DNA from: Rebecca billardiae RCC1528
Lineage: Eukaryota; Protista; Haptophyta
DNA: 64,000 bases
Reading direction: 5' to 3'
Assembly (NCBI GenBank): GCA_965240325.2
Contig: OZ251225.1
Coordinates: 2,604,001 to 2,668,000, forward strand
Shown: one piece after another, positions 37,001 through 48,933 of the stretch
How the letters are laid out: every line of letters starts with the position of its first letter
How positions within the stretch are numbered: position 1 is the stretch's first letter
Notes under the pieces: generated by a model
Databases searched by the model: none
What the model saw: the letters and a program-made list of their open reading frames with translations, nothing else
Told to the model about the DNA's origin: nothing
Translations under genes and position numbers: made by a program

Positions 37001-37948
37001 GGCGGCTCTGCGGGTGGCACGGCGCTCGGCACAAACACGAGCGGCGGCGCAGGCATTGGCGCGAGCGGCTCGCGGCCAGCGGCTGACGCGCAGCTCGGCT
37101 CCGAGCCTAACGCGACGGTTGCGGCCGACGGCACCACCGGCGTCACCGGCGCGACGAACGCCTCGAGCGCGGCAGCGATCGCGGGCATCCTGCTCAACGC
37201 GCCGCTGCCGCCGCCGTCGGGCGCGAAGGAGGGTGTGCTGAAGGCGCTGACGACGCAGGTCCACACGCTTGAACTCAACGTCTCGCTGACCTCGCTCTGG
37301 CTCACGGAGTTCAACACGCGTAACAACGCCACGCTGAGCGGCCTCCGCGAGAAGCTCGCGCGCGCGAGAGAGAACATCACCGCGACCTCGGAGCGCGTGC
37401 GCGCGCTCGAGGAGAGCCAGGCGTCTCGGCTCGAGGCTCTGGAAGGCCTCAAGGCGGAGCTCGCCGCGATCGACTCGCAGCTCAGCCTGCTCGTCGCGAC
37501 GATCGAACGGCAGAGCGCATTGCACGCGCACGACATCGCGGCAGCGCGCGCTGGCGCAAGGCGCGAGCTCGTGTGCGGCCTGCTCGTGGCGCTCGGCATC
37601 GTCGCGTGCATGACGCGCGCACGAGAGCCGTCGCAGGCTCGGGCGAGCCCGCCTGGGCCGGGCGCGACCCAGGGCGGCGAGCCCGTCGCCGCGGCCGGGC
37701 TTGGGGTCGCCACGGCAGACGCTCCGCCCTCCACCGCCTACGGCCGCGTGTGGGGCCGGTTCATCCGCCCGCGCGCGCGCTCCGCAGGCCGGGGCATCCG
37801 CGCTCGGCCCAATGGCGCCGTGCCGCAGACGCACAGCATCGACAATCTGCGTGACGTCGCGTCGCTGCGCGCGGATCCACTCGGCAAGCTGCAGCCAGCC
37901 GACTCCGCTGACTGGCGGGTGAACTCGATGACTTCGGGCGGTAGCTGA
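34066..37948 (+). CDS. Mid-SUN domain protein (Slp1/SUCO/SUN3-like); exons approx. 34066-34934, 35073-35271, 35438-37948
   Basis: Signal peptide, then spliced RFNYGSFDAGA..KDKYMLSPC..ELFSSSVREF..YPTD.W..LG.F..WARFLKL..HYCTLS.V.IYG. Later LELNVSL coiled coil and a TM helix. An alternative ATG exists at 34048. Confidence 0.9.
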
Positions 37949-38278
37949 TGAGCCTGATGACTGATGATGCAACCGTTATTCACGGACCTTGCACTATACT
38001 CTGACTCGATCTAATCATCTATATATATATATATATATATAGCTTATTATGACCGCGTTCCGCGGTCCTTTTCCGTAGAACCAACGCAGTTGGGGGCCCG
38101 CGGCGCAGTGGTTGAGAATGAGACCGTGACGTCGTCAATCCGCACGGTCTGGCGTCTGCCTGGCAGTCAGACAGGCCGAGCCGCACCGTCTCGGAGAGTG
38201 AGTGAGAGTCAGACCCGTCCGTCGGACTCGCGGCGCGTGAATGGGCGCGCCGACGGCCAAGGGTGGCACGGGACACCA

Positions 38279-38925
38279 GCGGACGGGCCGCGCGGGGAAG
38301 CGGGGCGGCGCGCGCGCAGGGCGAGAGGCGCGGACGGGCCGCGCGGGGAAGCGGGGCGGCGCGCGTGCAGGGCGAGAGGCGCCGCGCGGCGCGGGCCGGC
38401 GCGTGCGCGCGCGCGCGCGCACCTGCTAGAGGTGCTCGCGCTGCGCCATGCGCTCGACGAAGGGCCGCTGGTCGCTCAGCCGGCGCGCCTCGGGCCGGCA
38501 TAGCGAGAGCGCGCGCCACTGCTGCCCGCCCACGCTGCGCAGCCACGCGCAGACCGAGCGGAGCTCGGGGTGGGACGAAGCGAGTGGCGTGTCGCGCCCG
38601 CCGCCAGGCGCACGCGTGCCCTGCTCCGCACCGCGCCGCCGTGCTCGCCCGCCGCCTGCTCCGCCGCGTCGGCCTCGAGGATGGCGGCGGCCAGCGGCAG
38701 GCTGAGCGGCGCGCGCTCGCCCACCGTAGCTTCGAGGGCCGTCCACACCTGCTCGAGCTGCTGCAGGGCGTGGACAAGGGCAGCGCGCGCGCCCAGCGCA
38801 TCCGTGCCGCGTGACGCAGCGCGTCGAGCTCGGCGTCTCGCTTCGCCAGCTCGGCGCCCAGCGCCTCTGCGCGCACGCGTCGAGCTCGGCGTCGCGCTTT
38901 GCCAGCTCGGCGCCCAGCGCCTTCA
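38279..38925 (-). pseudogene. Possible decayed coiled-coil gene fragment with local tandem duplications
   Basis: A roughly 50-bp duplication at 38279-38380 and a roughly 57-bp duplication at 38820-38925 encoding ALGAELAKRDAELDA twice in different frames. No intact reading frame could be assembled. Confidence 0.35.
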
Positions 38926-40478
38926 CGCGCACGTGCTCGTGTATCTGCGCGCGCACGGCCTGCGCGCCGCCGCCCATCTGCGCGCGCAGACTCGGACTCG
39001 TCGCGGCTGGCTGCTAGGGAGTGCTAGGGTGCGCGCCGCGTAGTCGATGGCCAAGGCCTGCAGCCAGCGCGCCTGCACCGAGAAAAGAAGGCGCGGCACG
39101 CGCGCTATAACCCAGTCCACGCAGACACGCGAGCGCGTGCTGGAGCGGCGCGCCGGGGCAACCGTCCACGTCGGCCGCGCGGGAGCCGCAGGTACTCTCG
39201 CGTGCCTGCGCGACGCAGCGCGCACGCACAGCGAAACGGGCGCGGGGTAGAATTCAGGAGAGCGCCGCCGCCCGCGCACCACCCCACCGAGAGTGCGCAC
39301 ATGCGCACGCCACGACATGGCACGACATGGCGCACGAGTCGGACGCAACGCCCGACAGACAGAAGCCTTCGAAAATCCGCGCGCGCCCGCAAACGCGGCC
39401 GCGCGCGCGGGCGGGCGCGCGGGCGGGCGTGCGCCACCCGCGCGGGAGGCGCCCGCGGCCGCGCGGGCGGCGCGCGCGCGGCGCGCGCTCCGCGCGGTCG
39501 TCCACACCGATGGCGGTCGATCGAGGGCGACGAGGGCTCGCCCCGTTTTGGAGCGAGCGCGTGCCGCGCGCCCCCTGGCCCCCCCCCAACTGGGTATGAT
39601 AATACCCACAATTACCCAAAATGACCTTATGCCCCCAACACCGTTAGCGAGCCAATGTACTGATATGATAGACTGAACGAGAGTACCCACAATTACCCAA
39701 TATACTCCAGTAGTGAATACGACCCCGACGAAGCCAATATATATCGGTTGGTTACTTCACTGATCCCGTAAGGACGTGCAAAAATAGCCTCAAAGAAGTG
39801 GTGGTTGGTTGGGGGCTGGCCAGGGTAGGGCTGGAGGCTTCGGCCGCCAGTCTGATCACCCGGAGCCCGTTATAAAGGGGAATTTAGGAGAAGCTGACGC
39901 TTGTATTGGACTTGTAACCGTCCTACTTCACACAGAAGTGAACTCTCACGCCCGGCCGTCCACGATTGATTAGGGGAATGTCGTGGACGCGGTTTTTTTC
40001 TCCGTGATGCATCTGTAGAGAGGGTCTCAAAATTCGAAACTCGGTCTCCGCCAGCCCTAAAAATCGGCCCCCGCGTCCCTTTTTCTTGATCAAAGATCTT
40101 TTTGAAACGTGGTTCCGGCCCGCTGGTGCGGGCTCCACGCTGCGCGCTCCGCCCTGCACCGCGGGCCATAAATATTACAGTTCACTGCAGCCATCATCAT
40201 TGAAGTGATCATCATGATCATGTGTAACGCTGGAGTGACTACTGTACTACGGCTGTCCCGGATGAACCGTCCCAGTAAATCCAGTTGATGATAATAACGG
40301 GCGAGCAGTTATTGACGACGAAGATGTAGTATAGTCAGCAGCAGTCGTTATTCGCCGCCGCCCCCCGGCCCCGGGCCGCGGCAGCGGCTTGCGGCCTTGG
40401 CCGCCCTTGGGCTTGGCCTTCAGCCCCGAGCGGCGGCGGCCCGATTGCGGCTTGCCTGCCTTGGCGCTTGGCGGTAGT

Positions 40479-40604
<126 letters not shown>

Positions 40605-40757
40605 TCGGTGACTACTTCATCGGCTCAGGCTGAGTGAGGCTGCTCCGTGCTCGACGACCGGGGCCGCAAGACGTAATACGCATCAGAGCCAGAGGCTGGC
40701 GGGGGATGGACCGGAGCCGGAGCCATATATCGATATACAAACGTAGCTGATGTATGG

Positions 40758-41809
40758 TTACCACGCCCGGATGGCATCCATGGTGTGGGGCCGCCACCAG
40801 ACGGCTCTCCATGCGTCTGTCTCAGCTCGCGTGGCCGAGAAGTCAAGCAGCCGCCGTTGCGCCCGTTCGTCAGAACGCTGTGAATGCATCCCAGAGCGAG
40901 CGCTTTGCGAAGCATTTCGGCGATCATGATCGTTCGCCTCGTACGTCGCCGAGTTCGAGTGCGGAAACGCCCGCCTGCACGCGGGCCAGTCGGCCTGGGA
41001 CACGCCCAGGAAGGCACACAGCCGCGCTGACAGCTCGAGCGGCTCCTCGCGCAGGAGGTTCACCTCCAGGAGCTGGCTCTCCGCGTGCTGCTGGCGGAAG
41101 AAGGTACGCACGCGCGTGTTGTGCTCCTGCATGCCCTTGATGGCAGTCTCGCGTTTCAGCGGGTGCGAGTTCAGCAGATTCTCGTACTGCTTCTTCTTCT
41201 GTGTGTTCTGCACGTGCACATGGTTGACCCAGTTGTCAACCGAGCTCCACCAAGAGGCTGGCTCGCGGACTGTCAGCACAAAGCGCGTGGTCGGTCGCAG
41301 CCGGAGCATCGCCTCGATCGCGCGCATGTCACAGCACCAGGGGTAGTCCTCGAAGCTGAAGCAACCCTCAGACGCGTTGACCACCTGATGCATGGTCAAG
41401 CCCTTGCCACCAATCTTGGCCGGGACGGTCGGATAAAGCTTGGGCTTGAAGCCGACCCGCCGCAAGAAGCTGCCGAGGGAGCTCGTGCCCTGCGCCGCCG
41501 CGGGACGGGCGGTTCGGGGTCGGGAGGAGGATGGCACACCCCAGGCTTAGCCCACCCAGGTGCAGTGCCATACCCCAGTGGGACCACCCCGGCTCGCGAG
41601 TTGCCTGTGTCACGCGCAAGAGGACGCTCGCGCACCGTCTTCTTCCAGCCTACACCAACCACCGCGTATGGCGGCGATTGCGAGCCAGCGTGGGACCTTG
41701 CGCACTTGAAAAGGGACAGTGCGTGGCTCTCGCTCGTCCGTTCATGGGGCCCCACGTGGCGTGTCACAGCCGCGATCGCCGACACGACGGCGACTGACAG
41801 CGCCGCCAT
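40758..41809 (-). CDS. P-loop sulfotransferase-family protein (Sulfotransfer_4-like); exons 41809-41636, 41489-40758
   Basis: Splicing rebuilds the PAPS-binding loop VVGVGWKKT/GTSSL. Also FEDYPW, RFVLTVREPASWWSS, HNTRVR..LLEVNL and LCAFLG..FPHSN. Hydrophobic N-terminus. Confidence 0.83.
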
Positions 41810-42565
41810 CGCGTTGAGCAGTTTACTAAGAATGAGAGACGCACACAGCTCAGGCAGGCGAGATCGACGCCCGCCAACTGTCACCGCCCACCGAAGCCGT
41901 CGTCGCCGATGGCTGCGCCGCCGGAAAATTCGTTCAGCCGTCTGCCTGCGAGGCCTGGATGAGGGCTGCGGCCGCCTCGCGGCGCGCCAGCGCCCGTCGT
42001 CCTCGCCCCACCGTCGTCCACAAAACGTCGTCGTCCGAACTCGCCGCCTGGGCGCCGATGCAACAGCGCGCCGACACTGGATGTCTGATGTTCCATACTA
42101 CTCATCGAGTGCTGGTCATCAACGCCGATGACGGGCCGCCGCGTGGGACGGCGTGGGTATTATTCTCGGCATCAGCGGAAGACAACACCGCCACGGGCAC
42201 CGCATATCACTTATCAGTATCACGTCTGTCTGATCATCACCGCTCATACTGTCATAGTCCGATCCGGAGTCACGCGTCGTGACTCAGCGTCACCGTATAC
42301 AGAGTCACGCCTTCACGAATATTACGACTATAATAAATATTATTGCCGCAGCTCCGACGGAGCCCGACGCGGATTATAGGCGGTCGGGCAGCGCTGAGCG
42401 CGCACGGATTGTCCGCGCAAGCCGCCGCCGCAGTCACGTGTTGGCCAACTGAGCGGTGAAGGCCCCACTCGAAGCACTGCCTGTGCGCTGTCGCAGATGA
42501 CGGCCAACGCGCAAGCCGCGATCTCCTCGCCGCAGGCCGCGCGCCGGCTTTGCGCCTGGCGCACG

Positions 42566-43364
42566 CTAGCCTTGCACCTTGGCCGCCTGTGTGCGCATCC
42601 GCTTGCTCAGAGGCTTCCCGCTGCGCTTGCGCGCAGATTCGATCACGCACTTCGGACAGATGTACTTCTTGATGTCCTTAGCCTCGTGCTCGGTGATGTC
42701 GACGCACCAGCCGTAGTACCACTTGTCTGCGCCCGCGCGCGAGGTGTGCGCAGTGGCGGCCAAGGGGCGGGGGCAGCCGTCACGAGCTGTGCGCGCATCG
42801 CATGGCACACGGGCCACGATGCTCTGCGCGCGCGTACCGCAGTTGTCACAGCCAATCATGAAGCCCCCGATGTTCTCCGCCGCGGGCCAGCCCATCCCAT
42901 CCTCCTTCCCGTCCGCCTCCTTCGGATTCTCCTCCTCCTTCTCCTCCCGCTGTGCAGGCGCATCCCGCTTCTCGTCGCCGGCTGGCCGCTCAGCGGCCAG
43001 CTCGAGATCGTCATCAAGCCATCGTATCCGCATGGGGACCCACTTGTGGTCCTCCAAGAGCCAGAGATTTCTGCTGTCGAGGATGCCTACGTCCTCCATG
43101 CCGTCCTCGTACACCACGCGATGGCGCAAGCCCGCGTATGTCTGCGTCGCCCAATGCGCCGCGATGCGTGAGTGCGTTGCGCGCGTGAGAGGTCCGCACC
43201 CGGGCGTGCACGTGAGGCGCGCAGGCGCGAGTTGGGCGTGCGCGCGCCTTGACGACAGCTTCAAACCACTCCTCGTACTCGGGCCAGAAGACCTCCAGCC
43301 GGCACCCCACCGCGCGCCGGCCGAGGTCCGTCGTGGGCTGTGTGCTCGAGGCCGCGCCTGACAT
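42566..43364 (-). CDS. Small chromatin-reader-like protein with a Tudor-like domain and a degenerate PHD finger; exons 43364-43248, 43141-42838, 42726-42566
   Basis: VGCRLEVFWPEYEEWFEAVVK/TY...HRVVYEDG is Tudor-like. FMIGCDNC/DKWYYGWC..KYICPKC is the C-terminal part of a PHD. The basic tail could be an NLS. Confidence 0.8.
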
Positions 43365-43584
43365 GCTTACGGAACGCAAAGGCCACCGCCCGGGCCGGAC
43401 GACGTTTTTATTGGGTTCGCAAACCACGATAGAATCGAGATGCAATCCCGCTTGCGCAATATTCTCCCAGCCAAGGCTCCCCTTTTATTATTGTTGCTGC
43501 TTGGCCGCGACCCCAGCGTGGAGGAGGCCAGAAGCTCGCCCCGCGGGCTCCCAAGCCGCGGCCTCCGCCGCGCGCCAGGCACAG

Positions 43585-46328
43585 ATGGAGCCGGGCGTGC
43601 CGACGCGCCGGCTCCCGCGGCCGGAGGGCCTGCGCATCTCGACGCGCCTGGCTCACTGCCTGATCATCACGACCAACATCGCGCAGCTGCTGCTGATCAT
43701 CCTCTTCCTCTCGCTCATGCTGATCCGCCTCGACGGCGTCGACGTGGCGTGGGCGGCCGTCTTCGCGCCGCTGTGGATCTCAGACATGATCACGCTGAGC
43801 ACGGGCGCGCACGAGGTCGCGCGCCTCGTCCGCCCCATGCCCTCGGAGCCCATCCGGCGCAACCTGCTCATCATGCAGGTGAACCGGCTGAAGGGCACGC
43901 TCTGCACGGCCGTCTTCAAGGTGCTCGTCGTGCTCCGGCTGTCGGACCCGGAGGACACGACGCCCGCGCGGGTGATCATCATCCCGTTCTACGTCTGCGC
44001 CGCCGGCCGCCTCTTCCTGCACACGCTCAAGGAGAAGGTGCCCTCGTCCGAGCCGTCGAGCCCGCCCAAGCGGCCGGGCGCGCCACTCAACCCGCTGCAC
44101 ATCTTCATCCTGCTGATCGCGTGCCGGATAGACGGGCTGAACGACCTGTCGTGGGCGGCGACGTTCTGGCCGATGTGGATCGTCTTCGGCATGCTCGGCC
44201 TCACGCTCCTCGGCGCGATCTTCCTCGGCGTCGGTATCTGCGTCACGGGCGAGCCGCGCGAGAACGGGCAGCGCGCGCTCTTTGCCATCTGCTTTGGCGT
44301 GCTCCTCACGATCACGACGTGCGGCTTCGCGTTCCAGCTCAACCTGACGAACCGGCTGGACGGGGACGAGAGCATCAGCAACGCCGCGATCATCACGCCG
44401 CTGATCTGCGCGTACGGCGGGCTGCTGCTCTTCTACCTCGCCTTCACGTTCGTGCTGCCGCGGATCGTCGAGTACGACATCGCCGCGATGACGGAGCGCA
44501 TCGTCGAGGAGGAGGACCAGCGCGACGGCGTGCTGGAGGCGGTGTCGCAGCAGCTCGCGCCGCCGTTCCTCGTGCAGACGTCTTCGACGCTCTTCCAGCG
44601 CGTCAACTCGACGATGATGTCGGCGTTCCTCACGCCGGGGTCGGCGGCGGACAGGCGCGAGAGCGGCGCGGCGGCGGAGGACGGCGCTGAGGCGGCAAGC
44701 CCAGCCTCGGGCGGCGCGCCCGCACCCGCGCCCGCGCCCGCGCCCACGCCCGCCGCGCAGGCGCACGCGCCCGAAGCGCGCGGCGACGGCGGGGACGGCG
44801 GGCTGAACGCGATGGAGGAGGGCTGGGCCGACGGCCCCGGCCCCGTCCTCACCGAGTTCGAGGAGCTGCAGACGGAGCTGAGCGATTGGCTGCGCAATCA
44901 GCAGCCACCGCACAACTCGAGCCAGCTGCGCGCCGAGGCCTTTATGGCCGACTCGCCGTGGGGCATCGAGGAGGCGGGGGAGGCGCTGGACGAGGCCTCG
45001 CGCAGCGACGGCGACGCGGAGGCGGGCGCGGACGGCACGCCCGCAGACAGCAGCAACCGCCGCGCCGACGTGGTCGACGAGCACGTCGATGACGCAGCCG
45101 ACGCTGCCGGCGATGGCGGTGCGGACGTCGAGCGAGAGCTCGAGCGTGAGCGCGCCGCAGCGCCGGCCGCCGCGCGCGCGGATGCGCCCGCGGGCGCCGT
45201 GCCGGCGGAGAGCGAGGGGTCGAGCGACGGGGCGGCCGAGCCACCCGCGTCCGCGCCGGAGGACGGCGCGGTCTCGCGATCGCCGGCCGCCGCGCCCTCG
45301 GACGACGCCGCCGCGCCCAGCCCTGCGAGCGAGCCCGCCGCGCAGGCGGACGGCGCGGCGCCGGCGGCCGCGGACGCGGCGGCCCGGCCGCCGGGCAGCG
45401 CGCTGACCACGCTCGTTCCCGTCCCCCCCATCGCGGCGGGGAGCACGGCGCTGAGCCCGAGCGTGCGCGGCGCCGGCCCGGTGCACGTCCCTCCCGACAT
45501 CGTGCAGAAGCTCCACCGCTTCGTCGCCCTCCGGCAGCAGATTGTGTCGCGCGCCGTCGCGACCGCGCTCGTCGACCTGCAGGACGTGGCCGAGCCCAGC
45601 AGGGCAGCCGCCGCGCCCGTGGACGAGACCAAGACGGACGCCGCGCCGGCGGCCGCCGCGCCCAGCATCGCGTCGCGCCTCTCGCTGCCCGGCGCGAGCA
45701 GGCGGCGCGCGCAGACCCGCGCGACGAGCACGCTCGCCGAGCGCCGCTGCTCCGCGGCGGTGACGGCAACGGCGACGGCCGCGGCGTCGCGCGACAGCGC
45801 GGGCGCGGCCAAGCCGGTGGCGGCGGCGGGCGAGAAGGCCGCGGCTGCCGCGCCGGCCGCAGACGTGGGCACCGACGGCGATGCCGTCGCTGCGGATGGC
45901 GCGGATGACGAGGACGTCTCCGAGATCATGTGCTGGATCTGCTGCGAGGGCCCTCGCGACGCGGTGCGTGCGCCTGCCCGCGCCACGCTCGCGCCGCGCC
46001 CTCCGCGCGCGATCCATGGCACGCGCGTGTGACTTGACTGACGGCTCGCGCGCGGCGCGCGCCTTCGTCCTTCGGCGCGCAGGTCTTCCTGGAGTGCGGT
46101 CACGGCGGTGTGTGCCTCGCCTGCGCGAAGCGGTGCTGGAAGAAGCGCGGACGGCTGTGCCCCATGTGCCGACAGGGCATCGAGCAGGTCGTGCACATCG
46201 CCCCGCAGGCGGCGGACTACCAAGGCGCACGCATTGTCCGCGTGCGCGAGGCCGACCCGGCGGCAATCGAGTCGCTCGAAAAGCTGCAGGCGGCGACTAC
46301 CGCGAGCCCACTGGCGGGGCGCGCCTGA
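43585..46328 (+). CDS. Multi-pass membrane protein (TMEM185-like N-terminus) with a C-terminal C3HC4 RING; exons 43585-45963, 46083-46328
   Basis: Repeated RLDG..WAAVFAPLW and RIDG..WAATFWPMW segments. Spliced CWICCEGPRDA/VFLECGHGGVCLAC..CPMCRQ. Confidence 0.87.
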
Positions 46329-47068
46329 TGATCCGGACAGATGGCGTGTAGGGCGAGCGCACAGCATTGGCAGTCTCATCCGACATCATCGGTAATAAAT
46401 AACTGTATGGTCCGGTAGTATTCAATATCGCCCGGGTAATAATCGCAAATAATCGCGCGGACTAATCGCCCGGCGGGTCGCGCCGGTCGCGCGGGACGAC
46501 CGCCGGGCCGAAGGCCGAATTATGAAATTATCAGCAGCGGTACGCGGTGCTGACCGAGTGACGGCGCCGTGGCGCCGACCAGACCGCGCGGTCCTGACAG
46601 TGTCGATCGTCAGTGACTAGCTTTTGTTTTATAATACAACTTCAGCCCCGGACCGGCCTCGGGCTCGGACCCCGTCGTCTCGGACCGGAGGCGGAGGCCC
46701 ACCAGTGGCCGGTCTCCGACACCGTTGCTCCGACGGGCCCCCGCCGACGGGGCCTCACGGATTGCCTGATGAAATATCGGGCCTGGGCCTGGCTGTTCGA
46801 CGGCGGCCCGCGCGGCCCGAGCATGGCTCTCTCGTCGAGTCTCAGGCTGCGCGCCTTGCGTGGGTGGAGCCCGCAGTGGGTGACTGCGGACCGTGACGAA
46901 GTCGGCTGACGAGCGTTGACGGCTCCGCCGCCAAGCCGCAAGCGGCGTGGCAGCGCCGAGACCGTGCATGGCGGTGACAAGGTGGGCACCAGACGGCGCC
47001 AGTGACGCGCGGGTTGCGCTCAGGTGGGCAGGTGAACCTCATTGAGACGAGGCCAGACTGCACGATGC

Positions 47069-47314
47069 TTAGTAGCCGTAGTCGTGCTGGATCGCCTGCT
47101 CGTCGGCGAGCGCGGCTTGCTCCATCCCCTGGAACTGCGACGGGTCGATGGCGTTCGTCATGTGGGGCGACACGTGCACCATGTTGATGGTGTTTTCGAT
47201 GCTGCCAATGTCGAGAGACATGAGCTTCATTGTGATCCCGGGGAAGTCCACCGTGTTGAGCGCCTCCTGGAGGCCATCGACCTCGATGCCGGCCGCGAAG
47301 TCGGGAACGCTCAT
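47069..47314 (-). CDS. 81-aa acidic microprotein, paralogue A, unknown family
   Basis: About 90% identical in protein to the product of 47862-48119. Similarity ends at the stop codon and includes many synonymous differences. Confidence 0.8.
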   Translation of the reverse strand: MSVPDFAAGIEVDGLQEALNTVDFPGITMKLMSLDIGSIENTINMVHVSPHMTNAIDPSQFQGMEQAALADEQAIQHDYGY

Positions 47315-47861
47315 CTTGTCGGGTTGTGCGCGAGATTCGGCTACACGCTGGTGTACGATAGGCTGTCCCGTGAATTTTGGCGGCGGATGCACGGGGATCT
47401 GTATGAAGACCTTGACCGGACCCCTAAATGGAGAGCTACAACTGGCTGCTCATTCGGCTCATCACTTGAGGGAAATGGGTCACGAAGACATAACGCAAGA
47501 ATTCGTCATTGGGATAGTCTGTTACGTCTGAAACCCCCTTGGTCTGAAGACCATGAATCCCGATCGCTTTTGATCCGCCGACGACGGCCATCATAATATC
47601 CCACAGTATTCAATCTTGGGATGATCTGGAATACATAGCTCTGTGCCTGTCTCTGTCGTTCTCTGATACTTCCCCCATACCTCTTTTACCTTTGAGTGAG
47701 TGGCTCTTGACTGAGCTGATTATGACAGGAACCTTCCAGACTCGGCCCGGCCTGTGAATCGACAGGATCCTTTTGATCGGAGGAGGAAGGAGTGTGCCAC
47801 CGCGGTCAAGAATCTCGCGCACCCTTCCCGTCTTCCGTTCACGCCCCTCAACACCGGCGAG

Positions 47862-48119
47862 ATGAGCTTCGAGAAGGGCATGCCCGACTTCGCCGCTGGT
47901 ATCCAGGTCGATGGCCTCCAGGATGCGCTCAACACGGTCGACTTCCCCGGGATCACAATGAAGCTCATGTCTCTCGACATTGGCAGCATCGAGAACACGA
48001 TCAACACGGTGCACGTGTCGCCGCACATGATGGGCAACATCGACCCGTCGCAGTTCCAGGGGATGGGGCAGGCCGCGCTCGCCGACGAGCAGGCGATCCA
48101 GCACGACTTCGGCTACTAG
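47862..48119 (+). CDS. 85-aa acidic microprotein, paralogue B, unknown family
   Basis: MSFEKGMPDFAAGIQVDGLQDALNTVDFPGITMKLMSLDIGSIENT...QHDFGY, an inverted paralogue of 47069-47314. Confidence 0.8.
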   Translation: MSFEKGMPDFAAGIQVDGLQDALNTVDFPGITMKLMSLDIGSIENTINTVHVSPHMMGNIDPSQFQGMGQAALADEQAIQHDFGY

Positions 48120-48933
48120 AGCTTACCTCTGCGAGGCTCGCCCGCCTGACTTGGACTCAGGCCCGCGGACTGTTAGCAGAGTTCCGGTGGTCTCACTTTA
48201 TGCCGACGCGGTGCGGCCCGCTGTAGTCAACGGGCCGACCCGTCGTCGGAAGCGTCAGAGTTTGGTGTCAGTCATCGCCAGCAGCGTTGATCGAGCCCTG
48301 TGAATCCACCAGGCGCGTCATGTGCGACGTATAGCGACCGAATACGAGCTTCGCTTGTGAAAATCACTGCTCACGTCAAGTCATCCGCCGGAACTCACTT
48401 ACTCTTAATTACTATCATAATGTGACCGTATAAGTCCGCATCCGCGCGGGCCTCCCGCGCCGGGTATGGCGCGGAGCGCCAAGGGCGAGTGGCATCACGC
48501 GGAGTACTCCGAGGGCTACCGTCTGGCGTAGACGTGACGCGCGCGCCACCGCGGTGGTCGCGGTGCCACGCGTCGTCAGCCGTCGTCTCGAAGTAGTCGT
48601 CGTGCGCAGCGCCCCCGCGGGCGCGTCGGCCCCCGGGCGCACGCCAGTGCGCCACTGCGCGCGCGGGCGCTGAGCATCTTGGTCTGGCCACGCAGGTAGC
48701 GCATGCCCAGCTCGCGCCGCATGGTGCCAAGCAGCGCGCGCTCGGCGGAATATGAGCCATGATGAGCCGATATGAGATTATTGCGGGTCAAGCCTCCCGA
48801 GGGCTGGCCAGGGAAACCGAGCGCTACGCAGCTCCCTGACGGCCACCAACGCGGAGCCCGCGAGGGCGCGTGACCGTCTGACACGAACAGCCCGGAGACA
48901 GCCGTGCGGTCAAGCCGTGCGTCGTCGGGGCGT

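Noticed and set aside
48395-48760. Possible small minus-strand gene downstream of DUF5695
   Set aside because: No motif and no consistent splice model, so it cannot be supported.
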